DNA of 64,000 bases from Eubacteriales bacterium (GCA_045636385.1 JAZTXK010000048.1:1954-65953), one strand, 5' to 3'; shown: positions 1 through 8,601, counted from the stretch's first letter. Notes: generated by a model not told the origin, from the sequence alone. Program-made: numbers and translations.

Positions 1-1
1 T

Positions 2-301
2 ATTGCACAGAAACCCGCGGGATTGAATTTTTGCCGCGTGGTTGCGGCAATTTGTCCCGATCATTTATGGGGTTCGCAAATAATTATTTTTTATGACCAA
101 GAATATTATGATTGGTTTTTCACGCGCGGCGACACACCCGACGAGACTTGGACTCCGATAAAGAACGATGCACGTTCATTCGCAAATGAGCGCAACATCA
201 AAACACCGCTTTCGGAACGGGGATATACACACGGATATACCGAAGGGGAAACTTACGCCGAAGACGAGATCTGGTTTTACGGAGAAATACCCGAATCTTG
301 A
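2..301 (+). CDS. hypothetical protein, 5' end outside window
   Basis: The frame is open from the window edge to TGA at 299-301. The listed ORF starts at an internal TTG. No motif I recognise. Confidence 0.3.
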   Translation: MAQKPAGLNFCRVVAAICPDHLWGSQIIIFYDQEYYDWFFTRGDTPDETWTPIKNDARSFANERNIKTPLSERGYTHGYTEGETYAEDEIWFYGEIPES

Positions 302-455
302 TTAAATCTTAGTTAAAAGAACTATTTCCGCGCTAATTTTACGCGCAAACGGCGAATGCAACCGCTGGTTGCGCGAATTCCACCTATTATTGGTTGAAAT
401 CGCGACTGTTTTATGCTATAATTAGGTCGAAATCAAACGAAAGGTGATCTACCAA

Positions 456-1385
456 ATGGATAAAGTTACTACGCTTGGCGAAAGGATCAATAAATACCGC
501 ACCGCGCGGGGACTTTCACAGCTCGAGCTTTCCGAGCTGCTCGACGTCTCGCGCCAGTCGATCTCGAAGTGGGAGACAGACGTTGCCGTCCCCGAGCTTT
601 CAAAGCTCGTGAAGATGGCAGAAGTTTTCGGAATAAGCCTCGACGAGCTTGTGCTTGGAAAAACATCGGAAGAAACGCAACCGACCGCCACTCCCGAACC
701 CACTCCCGCCGTCCCGATCGCGGAAATACGCGAGCGTAGCCGCGTCAAGCTCGGATTCGGTTTTACCTTCCTCGGTGTCGGAATTCTGCTTTCATTCCTC
801 ATTTTACTTCTTGCGGGCGACTTTCTCGCCGCGCTCATTCTCTTCGTTCCCTTCGGCGTTTCGGCGTTTTTCTGCCTCAAGCAGTTCCGCCGCGCCGCAC
901 TTTGGTGCGTTGAGGCTTGGTATTGCTGGTTCGCGGCGTATTTCTATTACGGAACGGGCGTGCATTGGAACGCGTGGCTGCCGCGGCTCTTCCACATAGC
1001 CACTCTCGGAATCGATATACAGACGGTTCTCTCCTTCGGCTTCTTCCTTCTGCTCGTTTTCTTCATTTTTATGACGGTTTTCGTGCATCGCAAGGAAGAG
1101 TTCGAATATTCGAAGAAGAAACACGTCGTCCTCGCCGTGGTGACAGCGATTGCGATTCCGTTAAAGCATCTCGTTCTTTGGCTTTCGAGCGCATTTTGGT
1201 TCTACGTTATCGGCAAAGGCGACGGCGAATACTACACCCGCGTGATCTTAATGAATTACCGCGCACTTATCCCAACACTCGAATTCCTCATAGACCTCGC
1301 CTTCACCGTCACCTTCACCGCTTGCCTTGTTCCGACATTTTATTGGATACGCAGATCGGTTAAGGAAAAGCGGACAAAAAACTGA
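456..1385 (+). CDS. XRE-family HTH regulator fused to a multi-pass membrane domain
   Basis: N-terminal HTH_3 signature (RTARGLSQLELSELLDVSRQSISKWE), a Pro/Thr-rich linker, then several hydrophobic helices. ATG 456 has AGGTG about 9 nt upstream; the listed GTG 444 has no RBS. Confidence 0.75.
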   Translation: MDKVTTLGERINKYRTARGLSQLELSELLDVSRQSISKWETDVAVPELSKLVKMAEVFGISLDELVLGKTSEETQPTATPEPTPAVPIAEIRERSRVKLGFGFTFLGVGILLSFLILLLAGDFLAALILFVPFGVSAFFCLKQFRRAALWCVEAWYCWFAAYFYYGTGVHWNAWLPRLFHIATLGIDIQTVLSFGFFLLLVFFIFMTVFVHRKEEFEYSKKKHVVLAVVTAIAIPLKHLVLWLSSAFWFYVIGKGDGEYYTRVILMNYRALIPTLEFLIDLAFTVTFTACLVPTFYWIRRSVKEKRTKN

Positions 1386-1406
1386 TCTGCAACCCAACAT
1401 ACCCAA

Positions 1407-1431
1407 CAGCGGCGTTCTGCCGCTGTTTTTT
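1407..1431 (+). terminator. intrinsic terminator after the HTH-membrane gene
   Basis: Stem CAGCGGC/GCCGCTG with a 5-nt loop, followed by a T-run. Confidence 0.6.
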
Positions 1432-1432
1432 A

Positions 1433-1461
1433 TTGACAAAAAACACCCTATATGTTATAAT
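1433..1461 (+). promoter_or_regulatory. sigma-A type promoter for the sigma/anti-sigma operon
   Basis: TTGACA (1433-1438), 17-nt spacer, TATAAT (1456-1461), about 30 nt upstream of ATG 1491. Confidence 0.6.
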
Positions 1462-1490
1462 AAAATATATACCATCTTGGGAGAGCAACT

Positions 1491-2045
1491 ATGTTACTAT
1501 TCCTTATGCTTATCGCGGAGGATGATCATCGCGATAAGATTTTATGGCTTTTTGAAACGTATCACGATAATATGCTCCGATATGCGCGGAGCCTTTTGGC
1601 GTTGTACGGTAAGAAAAGATATCTACGCCACAGCGAGGATATCGTTCAGAACGCTTTTGAGAAGATCACCAAATTCATAGACAGAATCGACACCTCTCTG
1701 CCCGAAAAGGTTATCGGCGGCTATCTGATGACGATCGTCAAGCACGAGGTTGCCGAATTCATAAAAAAAGAGCGGAACGATCTGTCTCTCGATGATATGT
1801 TAACAATTTGTGAAGATTGCAATTATCTTGAAGAATTTTCGAAAAAAGACCTGTATAAAAGAGCAGTGGGCGAGATTGAGAGGATGGAGCCCATCTACCG
1901 CGACGTTATGATACTGAAATTCATCGAGGAAAAGACCGCGAAAGAGATCGCGAGCGAGCTCGGCATCCCCGAAAAGACGGTGTATACCCGCCTTTCCCGC
2001 GCGCTGGCGAAGCTGAGAGAAAAATTCAAGGATGAGGTGCTTTAA
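1491..2045 (+). CDS. ECF-type RNA polymerase sigma-70 family factor (module 1)
   Basis: 184 aa. Region-2-like N-terminus and a region-4 HTH (TAKEIASELGIPEKTVYTRLSRALAKLREKF). GGGAGAG RBS. Its TAA overlaps the next gene's ATG (TAATG). Confidence 0.85.
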   Translation: MLLFLMLIAEDDHRDKILWLFETYHDNMLRYARSLLALYGKKRYLRHSEDIVQNAFEKITKFIDRIDTSLPEKVIGGYLMTIVKHEVAEFIKKERNDLSLDDMLTICEDCNYLEEFSKKDLYKRAVGEIERMEPIYRDVMILKFIEEKTAKEIASELGIPEKTVYTRLSRALAKLREKFKDEVL

Positions 2046-2731
2046 TGGAAATTGAACTCAAAAATATAACCGAAGCGGAGAAGGCAGCGCTTGCCGACGA
2101 ATACGACAAAGCGCTCAGCTTCTGCGCGGACGAAAGCGCGGAATACTCGCTCTCGCACTACGGAAAAATGAAGAAAATAATCGGCACGCGCCCCACTCCT
2201 TGCGCGAGTATAAGAAGAAAGAGATCGCGCATCGCCGCCGTCCTTGTCGCCGCAACGATGTTGATCGCCCTCGTCGGATGCACCGCCGCCGTCTACAAGC
2301 AGCAGATCGGTGATTTCTTTACCGAAATCTATGAAAATCACATCAAAGGAAGCTTTTCGGACGAGACCGATGTCAACAATCAGTTCATAGATGAATACTA
2401 TACGTTGACCTACATTCCCGAGGGGTACCAGATTGCCGATGAAAAGTTCGGCAGTTTAGTAGCAAGAAGTGTTTGGTATAATACTGATGGGAACAAGATG
2501 ATTTTAATCCAAGTACCTATTAAATCAATAAACTATTTTATCAATAATGAAATTGGTATAACCGACGTCATAGAGGTTGGTGAATACACTGTATATTGCC
2601 GGAGCACAGTTGATACATATTGCTGTATTTGGAACAATAAAGAATATGCATTTGAACTTTATTTTGACAATGAAATAAGCGAAGAGGAGATAATTCATAT
2701 TATATCAAAAATCATGCCACTCAAAAAATAA
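2045..2731 (+). CDS. membrane anti-sigma factor candidate with DUF4367-like extracytoplasmic domain
   Basis: Translationally coupled to the sigma gene. One TM helix (IAAVLVAATMLIALVGC). C-terminal segment with YYTLTYIPEGYQ, as in DUF4367-type proteins. Paralogue of 35724-36392. Confidence 0.7.
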   Translation: MEIELKNITEAEKAALADEYDKALSFCADESAEYSLSHYGKMKKIIGTRPTPCASIRRKRSRIAAVLVAATMLIALVGCTAAVYKQQIGDFFTEIYENHIKGSFSDETDVNNQFIDEYYTLTYIPEGYQIADEKFGSLVARSVWYNTDGNKMILIQVPIKSINYFINNEIGITDVIEVGEYTVYCRSTVDTYCCIWNNKEYAFELYFDNEISEEEIIHIISKIMPLKK

Positions 2732-2819
2732 TTGTTATAATATGTAACATCTTACAAATATTATACAATCCAAGCCGATTTTTTTAGTTTTTTCAAAAAA
2801 ATAAAAAATTTTTTATAAA

Positions 2820-2854
2820 GTTGAAGAATAATGTGAAAAACGGCAGTATATATA
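2820..2854 (+). promoter_or_regulatory. candidate ECF-sigma-dependent promoter (GTTGAA-N20-GTATATATA)
   Basis: The same motif with the same spacing recurs at 7820-7854 and, on the minus strand, at 35614-35648. Each copy sits upstream of cassette genes. Confidence 0.35.
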
Positions 2855-2918
2855 AGCGAAGAAACAAAATCAGAACAAAAATCATTATCATTGTTTCTTT
2901 AGAAAGGATTGTATTACT

Positions 2919-3341
2919 ATGAAAAAGTTCACCAAACTTCTCACCCTCCTACTCACGGTAGCGACATTTTGCACATTCGTTTTGCCGCTTTTTGCAAGCG
3001 CTGAAGATGGGATAACCCCGTATTATGTCACCACCGATAATTGTTCATGCGCTTTTGTTGCTTCAAACGGCAAAGGTGTAGCGGCTGTATTATACAATGC
3101 ATATAGCAACGTATTCTCCTATGCATCTGTCACGGTAAAAATTCAGAAGCGCTTCCTCGGCATATTCTGGTCAACGGTTGACGAGTGGACGGAGACCTGC
3201 TACGACGTCAACGGATACGTTGAAAATTCAACTGACCTCGAAGACACCGGAACTTACCGCGCCGTCTTCACCGTCGAGATCTACGGCATAGACGGCTCGG
3301 TGGACACAATCGAGGATAAGATCACCTCAACCTACGAATAA
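2919..3341 (+). CDS. secreted 140-aa protein of unknown function
   Basis: Signal peptide MKKFTKLLTLLLTVATFCTFVLPLFASA with an RBS. Its 3' end is repeated as relics at 5479-5556 and 11708-11776. Confidence 0.7.
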   Translation: MKKFTKLLTLLLTVATFCTFVLPLFASAEDGITPYYVTTDNCSCAFVASNGKGVAAVLYNAYSNVFSYASVTVKIQKRFLGIFWSTVDEWTETCYDVNGYVENSTDLEDTGTYRAVFTVEIYGIDGSVDTIEDKITSTYE

Positions 3342-3449
3342 TTTACAAAAATTATTCGCGAGAGGGGTGAGTCCGATGTTCAGATAAGGCTCAAGCGGCA
3401 CTTTGGTGCAATCTTTTTTCAAAAAACGAACCTTATCAACTTCAGGTAC

Positions 3450-3478
3450 TTGAGAAATACCGAAAAACATCTTATAAT
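3450..3478 (+). promoter_or_regulatory. sigma-A type promoter upstream of S1
   Basis: TTGAGA, 17-nt spacer, TATAAT. About 15 nt before the RBS of 3494. Confidence 0.5.
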
Positions 3479-3493
3479 AAAGGAGAAATCAAA

Positions 3494-3991
3494 ATGAAAA
3501 ACTTTAAAAGAATCATTTCCTTCGTGATGGCTATGATCATCTTCACTTCTTTCTGTTGCCTTAACAGCGGTGCGGAATTCCGTAATTTCTATGAATCAGG
3601 CACGAAATATAAAATGTTCACTTACAATGATGACAATCTGTCAGAAGCATGTGCCTCTATAACAAATTGGGGATATGACGAGGAAGATAACGATCTTTTC
3701 GCAGAAACTTGGGCGCACAGCGGCGGAATTGCGAATTGTAGAGCGCTTTGTGCTGTATCCGGTGTGTCTGTTCTTTTGGACGATTATACAGGAAGATCCG
3801 GTGAAAGTGAAATATTTTATCTCTACGGTGCTGAGTGGATGTACGCATATCACGAAGGTGGTCAATATGATGATTTCGATCACTGCGTCATTGGATTCGA
3901 TACTTCACATAAAGTATATGTCATTCAGTATATTAATGGCTTTATTGATAGCCAATACGGTGACACTTTCTATATAGGTACTTCATCTTAA
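3494..3991 (+). CDS. S-family small secreted protein (S1)
   Basis: AAAGGAG RBS. Signal peptide MKNFKRIISFVMAMIIFTSFCCLNSGA shared with 5710 and 8068. The mature part is acidic/aromatic and highly diverged. Confidence 0.75.
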   Translation: MKNFKRIISFVMAMIIFTSFCCLNSGAEFRNFYESGTKYKMFTYNDDNLSEACASITNWGYDEEDNDLFAETWAHSGGIANCRALCAVSGVSVLLDDYTGRSGESEIFYLYGAEWMYAYHEGGQYDDFDHCVIGFDTSHKVYVIQYINGFIDSQYGDTFYIGTSS

Positions 3992-4045
3992 TATATTTCC
4001 CCCTCGACTGAGGGGGAAATTAATAAATATGCGAGGTATATTCAA

Positions 4046-5449
4046 ATGAAACGAATGTTTTACGCACTTTTGATGGTTTTCATATTATGTATCTTGATTA
4101 CTTCCTGCACGAGCATATACTTTGAATTGCCGGAAGATGACATCAATTCGTCCTTAAATGTCGATACGAATAAAGAATATTTCACCACGGGAGCTGTACT
4201 CTCAAAAGGAAATATTAGTGAAGGCGTTTTTTATAACGGGTATTGGATATACAGAGAAGTACAGGAGTACAGGTACAACTATCTACGCGCTGACGGTAAA
4301 ATCGTGACGTCGTCGCCCACTCAGTTAGCCCGTTTTGTCAAAGTAAACGCCGCAACCGGTGTGGTTTCAAGTCTATGTCTTGATCCTGTATGCAATCATT
4401 CCGTAGGTTCGGGGTGCATAATGATCTGCCCCAAAGGCGGCATTCCGGTTATTCAGGGCTTAGTCGGCGATAACATTCTTTTTACGTACGGAATCCGTGA
4501 TGAAATCTACGGAACTGTAAACCAATCTTACTTATACAATCTGAAAACCGGCGAAGCCAACACTATTTTTGCTCAAAATATGGAAGGGGATATCTTGACG
4601 AAATATTCTTCAAGATATATCTTCGGCGACACTTATTACGTTGTTAAAAATATTCTGGATTTTTCGGAGACCGATTATGATCCTGCAGACCGGGTTCCTC
4701 TCTCGTTCTATACCCCAAAGACAGTCAGCATCCTTTGTGAATACGATTTTAAAAAGAACAATATAAAAGAATTGTTCGAAATCCCCGAGGATTATTCGTT
4801 ATGCATCGTCAGCAGCGAGAGATTTTTCTTCAGTACTCCCGAAAACGAGATATATTCCTGCTATTACAGCGGAAAAAATATGAAGAAAGAAAAGATTCTC
4901 GACTTTTCTCCGGAATATGTGTGCGGAACCTATGCCTATTCTGTCGATTACGAAACTTACAAAATAGTGATATATGACCTGTTAAACAACAAAAAATTCG
5001 CACTTCAAAATGAAGTAAGATCTACTTATTATACGATAACGGACGCGGGCATTATCAAGAACGATCTTTCGGTTCTCGATGAATACCGAAGGATTCAAAG
5101 CAGTTACGATGAACTTAAGGAACAGGGAATAACGCCGACTGCCGCCGATCACGATAAACTCTGCAGAAAGGTCCGCTGCAGCGGAGTAACGCAGATCTGG
5201 AAGTGGAGACACGACGGTAGCAATCCTGAAATGATATTTGAAATTGATAAATCACTGGTAAATATACTTTTTGCAACCGATGATTATCTCTATGGTTTTG
5301 TCTACCGCGCCGATCCCAATAATAATTTCGAAGAAATGCCGTATGAGAATGAAGGCAGAAGCTATATCGACCTCAAAACAGGCGAGATTACGCCGATTCC
5401 CTATCTTGAGTTGATCATTCCCGACCTTGTTGAGCAGCCAGGGAACTAA
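4046..5449 (+). CDS. L-family lipoprotein with C-x4-C-N-H Cys motif (L1)
   Basis: Lipobox ITSC. Conserved blocks SSLCLDPVCNHSVGSGC, YNLKTGE, CEYDF..KELFEIP, GTYAY and DLKTGEITPIP (INxKTGE in the other paralogues) shared with five paralogues in the window. Confidence 0.85.
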   Translation: MKRMFYALLMVFILCILITSCTSIYFELPEDDINSSLNVDTNKEYFTTGAVLSKGNISEGVFYNGYWIYREVQEYRYNYLRADGKIVTSSPTQLARFVKVNAATGVVSSLCLDPVCNHSVGSGCIMICPKGGIPVIQGLVGDNILFTYGIRDEIYGTVNQSYLYNLKTGEANTIFAQNMEGDILTKYSSRYIFGDTYYVVKNILDFSETDYDPADRVPLSFYTPKTVSILCEYDFKKNNIKELFEIPEDYSLCIVSSERFFFSTPENEIYSCYYSGKNMKKEKILDFSPEYVCGTYAYSVDYETYKIVIYDLLNNKKFALQNEVRSTYYTITDAGIIKNDLSVLDEYRRIQSSYDELKEQGITPTAADHDKLCRKVRCSGVTQIWKWRHDGSNPEMIFEIDKSLVNILFATDDYLYGFVYRADPNNNFEEMPYENEGRSYIDLKTGEITPIPYLELIIPDLVEQPGN

Positions 5450-5478
5450 TTTATCATTATTTCTCATAGTAACTCGCG

Positions 5479-5556
5479 ATGTTCATAGTCGAGATCTACG
5501 GCATAGACGGTTCGGTCGACACGATCGAGGACAAGATCACCTCAACCTACGAATAA
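5479..5556 (+). pseudogene. relic of the 3' end of the 140-aa secreted-protein gene
   Basis: Near-identical to 3264-3341 (..VEIYGIDGSVDTIEDKITSTYE*), including the downstream non-coding block. Confidence 0.65.
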
Positions 5557-5666
5557 TTTACAAAAATTATTCGCGAGAGGGGTGAGTCCGATGTTCAGGT
5601 AAGCCGCGTCCGTTACGTTCCGAAAGCAAAAACTTCGGAATAACACAACTTTGTCAACGCAACCGC

Positions 5667-5695
5667 TTGACAGATCACAAAAAATATCTTATAAT
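5667..5695 (+). promoter_or_regulatory. consensus sigma-A promoter upstream of S2
   Basis: TTGACA, 17-nt spacer, TATAAT. The same block is present at 8025-8053. Confidence 0.6.
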
Positions 5696-5709
5696 TAAGT
5701 AGAAAGAAA

Positions 5710-6240
5710 ATGAAAAAATTCAAAAGAATTATTTCCCTCGCGATGGCTATGATCATCTGCGCGTCGTTTTTGCTCGTAAATAGCGGAGCGGCATGGTATG
5801 AATACACCGTGGGAAGTGTAGATATGAGATCTGACTATACTGACGCAACTGCGTATATTGAAATTACCGAATGGCCGCAGGATACCGGTGGTACGGATCT
5901 TAAGGCAGGTACTATAGCTTGCACAGAGGGATATATCGATAACTTAGGTGATCGTTTCGTAACTTTTAGTGTATACGTTCACCTCGGAATAACGCTTGAA
6001 GATTATTTCTCATACAGCAGGGATCTGACCGTTGATTGGGACGGTGAAGAAGATTTTGCCGAGGCAATGATAGATGCAAGTGATTATCCGTTGGGAGAGC
6101 CTTATTATGCAATTATCGACTTGGGCTCGGTTCACGAAGTTACGGTAACCATATATACCAGATTTGATCGTGACTACGTCTGGTGCGACCCCGAACCTTT
6201 TCAGGACGGAGATTTGGTAGTATTCGGAATATCTTACTGA
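5710..6240 (+). CDS. S-family small secreted protein (S2)
   Basis: Signal peptide MKKFKRIISLAMAMIICASFLLVNSGA. The mature region shares only scattered positions with S1 and S3 (I.ITEW....TDL.A.T). Confidence 0.75.
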   Translation: MKKFKRIISLAMAMIICASFLLVNSGAAWYEYTVGSVDMRSDYTDATAYIEITEWPQDTGGTDLKAGTIACTEGYIDNLGDRFVTFSVYVHLGITLEDYFSYSRDLTVDWDGEEDFAEAMIDASDYPLGEPYYAIIDLGSVHEVTVTIYTRFDRDYVWCDPEPFQDGDLVVFGISY

Positions 6241-6298
6241 TCGTTATCCCCCGCGGCTTTGCCGCGGGGGAGCACGCAACACCAAAGGAGGCAATATT

Positions 6299-7720
6299 AT
6301 GAAAAAAACATCTTTAGTCAGCTTGATCCTTGTGCTGTGTATACTTCTATCCTCCTGCAGTACGGTCTATATCGATCCCGAAAAAGGATCGGATAATGAG
6401 TCCACTCTCATCGATGGAGAATATTTTACCGACGGTTCGTTATATCAAGCAGGAGAAAATCAGTCAGGCTTTTTTTACGAGGGCTGTTGGCTATATATTG
6501 AGATGCAAAAGACGATCGGCCCCTCCGGTTATTATATTCGAGACGGTGAAAAGCATATAATATACGACGACCAAGTGCAGATGAAGCGTATCGTCAAGTA
6601 TAATCCGCACACGGGCACAGTCTCAAGTCCCTGCCTTGATCCCGCTTGCAATCACAGCTTTGAATCGGGATGCCTGATGCTCGCTCCGCTGCCCGAGGGA
6701 CGCCAGAAAGTAACGTTCCATATCCGAACGATAATCGGCGATTGGATGCTGATATTTACCCAATGGACCGATGACGTATACGTTACGTTGAATAAAAATA
6801 TCGCATACAACCTGAAGACCGGCGAGTCGAAGGAGATCTTTGAGGAAGAGCTTGGGGAAAGTGTAATGACGCGCTGGATGGGAACAACTCATTTCGGCCA
6901 TAAATATTATATTGTCAAGCAAACTCTTGATTATTCAAATACGGAATATACGCACGGTACGGGCAATCAAAGCGTGCTTGACTTCGCACCCGAAACAAAG
7001 CAGATGATCTGCGAATACGACTTTGATACCGGTACGATGAAGGAGCTCTTTGAGATCCCCGAGAACTTTTACTTAAGCGACGTAACAAATAAAAGGTTTA
7101 TCTTGCGCGATGATATGAATGAGATGTATTCCTGCAGCTACGATGGAAGCAATATGTCCAAAGAAGAATATCTGGACGCACAGCAGGAAAATATGATAGG
7201 GCACTATGGTTACATATTTACTGATCTTGATGGCTTCATTATGTTTGATCTGAAGACGAATGAGAAAAAGCAGGTGACGGTCGATTATGACGAATACTAC
7301 GGCGCGGGGATCTGTGAGGAGGGAATACTTCTTGACCACGTAAGCGGGTACGAAAAATACAGAGAGCATCTCTCCCTGCGGAAGGAGCTTCCTTCCAAAT
7401 ATGCCCAAGAGTTGAATATCAGCCTTGAAGAAGCACGGGAAAAATATGACGCTGAAAAGAATGAGATATTGTTTGGCGGTACGACAAGGGTATATATGTG
7501 CGACTTCGACGGCGAGAATATGCGCGTGATCTATGAGGAAGAAAATGCCGTTATCCGATCGTGGTATGCGGAGGGAGACTTTTTGTTCGCCGAAAGAAGC
7601 GTTCTTAATGCCGACGGAAAAAAGAAGGTTTCCGATTGTGTTATCAATATGAAAACGGGAGAGATCACCGAGCTTCCCTTGCTCGATATCGTCGTTCCCG
7701 ATTGGTACGTAAACGATTAA
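6299..7720 (+). CDS. L-family lipoprotein (L2)
   Basis: GGAGG RBS, lipobox LSSC, SSPCLDPACNHSFESGC motif, C-terminal LDIVVPDWYVND. Confidence 0.85.
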   Translation: MKKTSLVSLILVLCILLSSCSTVYIDPEKGSDNESTLIDGEYFTDGSLYQAGENQSGFFYEGCWLYIEMQKTIGPSGYYIRDGEKHIIYDDQVQMKRIVKYNPHTGTVSSPCLDPACNHSFESGCLMLAPLPEGRQKVTFHIRTIIGDWMLIFTQWTDDVYVTLNKNIAYNLKTGESKEIFEEELGESVMTRWMGTTHFGHKYYIVKQTLDYSNTEYTHGTGNQSVLDFAPETKQMICEYDFDTGTMKELFEIPENFYLSDVTNKRFILRDDMNEMYSCSYDGSNMSKEEYLDAQQENMIGHYGYIFTDLDGFIMFDLKTNEKKQVTVDYDEYYGAGICEEGILLDHVSGYEKYREHLSLRKELPSKYAQELNISLEEAREKYDAEKNEILFGGTTRVYMCDFDGENMRVIYEEENAVIRSWYAEGDFLFAERSVLNADGKKKVSDCVINMKTGEITELPLLDIVVPDWYVND

Positions 7721-7727
7721 ATATTAT

Positions 7728-7761
7728 ACAGAGAACCACGCGAGGTTCTCTGTATTTTTTT
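7728..7761 (+). terminator. intrinsic terminator after L2
   Basis: Stem ACAGAGAACC/GGTTCTCTGT followed by ATTTTTTT. The same structure recurs at 10104 and 11847. Confidence 0.7.
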
Positions 7762-7819
7762 GCCAAAGGTATGGACTTTTTCAAAAAATGTGATAAATTA
7801 AATAAAAATTTCCGAATTA

Positions 7820-7854
7820 GTTGAAGAAAAAGCGTAATAATGACGGTATATATA
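7820..7854 (+). promoter_or_regulatory. second copy of the candidate ECF-type promoter motif
   Basis: GTTGAA-N20-GTATATATA with spacing identical to 2820-2854. Followed by what looks like a deleted remnant of the 140-aa gene start. Confidence 0.35.
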
Positions 7855-8024
7855 AATGAAGAAATACGAGCTATGATCGCATTCTCAAAAACGGTGGTAT
7901 TGATTAATAAAAAACCTACCAAAAATATTCGCGAGAGGGGTGAGTCCGATGTTCAGATAAGCCGCGCCCGTTACGTTCCGAAAGCAAAAACTTCGGAATA
8001 ACAAAATTTTGTCGACCCAACCGC

Positions 8025-8053
8025 TTGACAGATCACAAAAAATATCTTATAAT
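8025..8053 (+). promoter_or_regulatory. consensus sigma-A promoter upstream of S3
   Basis: TTGACA, 17-nt spacer, TATAAT. Part of a block nearly identical to 5565-5790. Confidence 0.6.
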
Positions 8054-8067
8054 TAAGTAGAAAGAAA

Positions 8068-8601
8068 ATGAAAAACTTCAAAAGAATTATTTCCTTCGCG
8101 ATGGCTATGATCATCTTCGCGTCGTTCTGCCTTGTAAACTGCGGGGCGGTACCTTATCGCTTCTGTCCTCTGTCAGAGCGTTATACTATCGAATACTTTT
8201 CCACAACAAGCGCATACGCATATGTCTACATTACCGACTGGGCTGAAGAAGAAAACACCACAGACCTTTCTGCATCCACCTACGCTTTTGTTGAAGATTA
8301 CGATTATTGGGACAATTTCGAAAACCTTACAGTATCCGTAAAGTTAGCAGTTTGGCTTGATGACGGTTCCGATTTTTGCCTTATCAGAACCGATTCCGTA
8401 GATGCTACCGATAATGAGGTTGAACTTGAAGCATTTGTCAGTGGCCAAACCTGCCTCGACAGTGAAAATCATTACCCTATAGAATATTTTGATACAGAAC
8501 ATGAAGTTGTCATAACTTTAATCAATGATAACGATCTGTCAAGTAATTATTATGACTATGTAAATGACGGCCCCGTTATTTGTATAGGTCCCGAGTATTA
8601 A
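8068..8601 (+). CDS. S-family small secreted protein (S3)
   Basis: Signal peptide MKNFKRIISFAMAMIIFASFCLVNCGA. Acidic, diverged mature region. Confidence 0.75.
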   Translation: MKNFKRIISFAMAMIIFASFCLVNCGAVPYRFCPLSERYTIEYFSTTSAYAYVYITDWAEEENTTDLSASTYAFVEDYDYWDNFENLTVSVKLAVWLDDGSDFCLIRTDSVDATDNEVELEAFVSGQTCLDSENHYPIEYFDTEHEVVITLINDNDLSSNYYDYVNDGPVICIGPEY

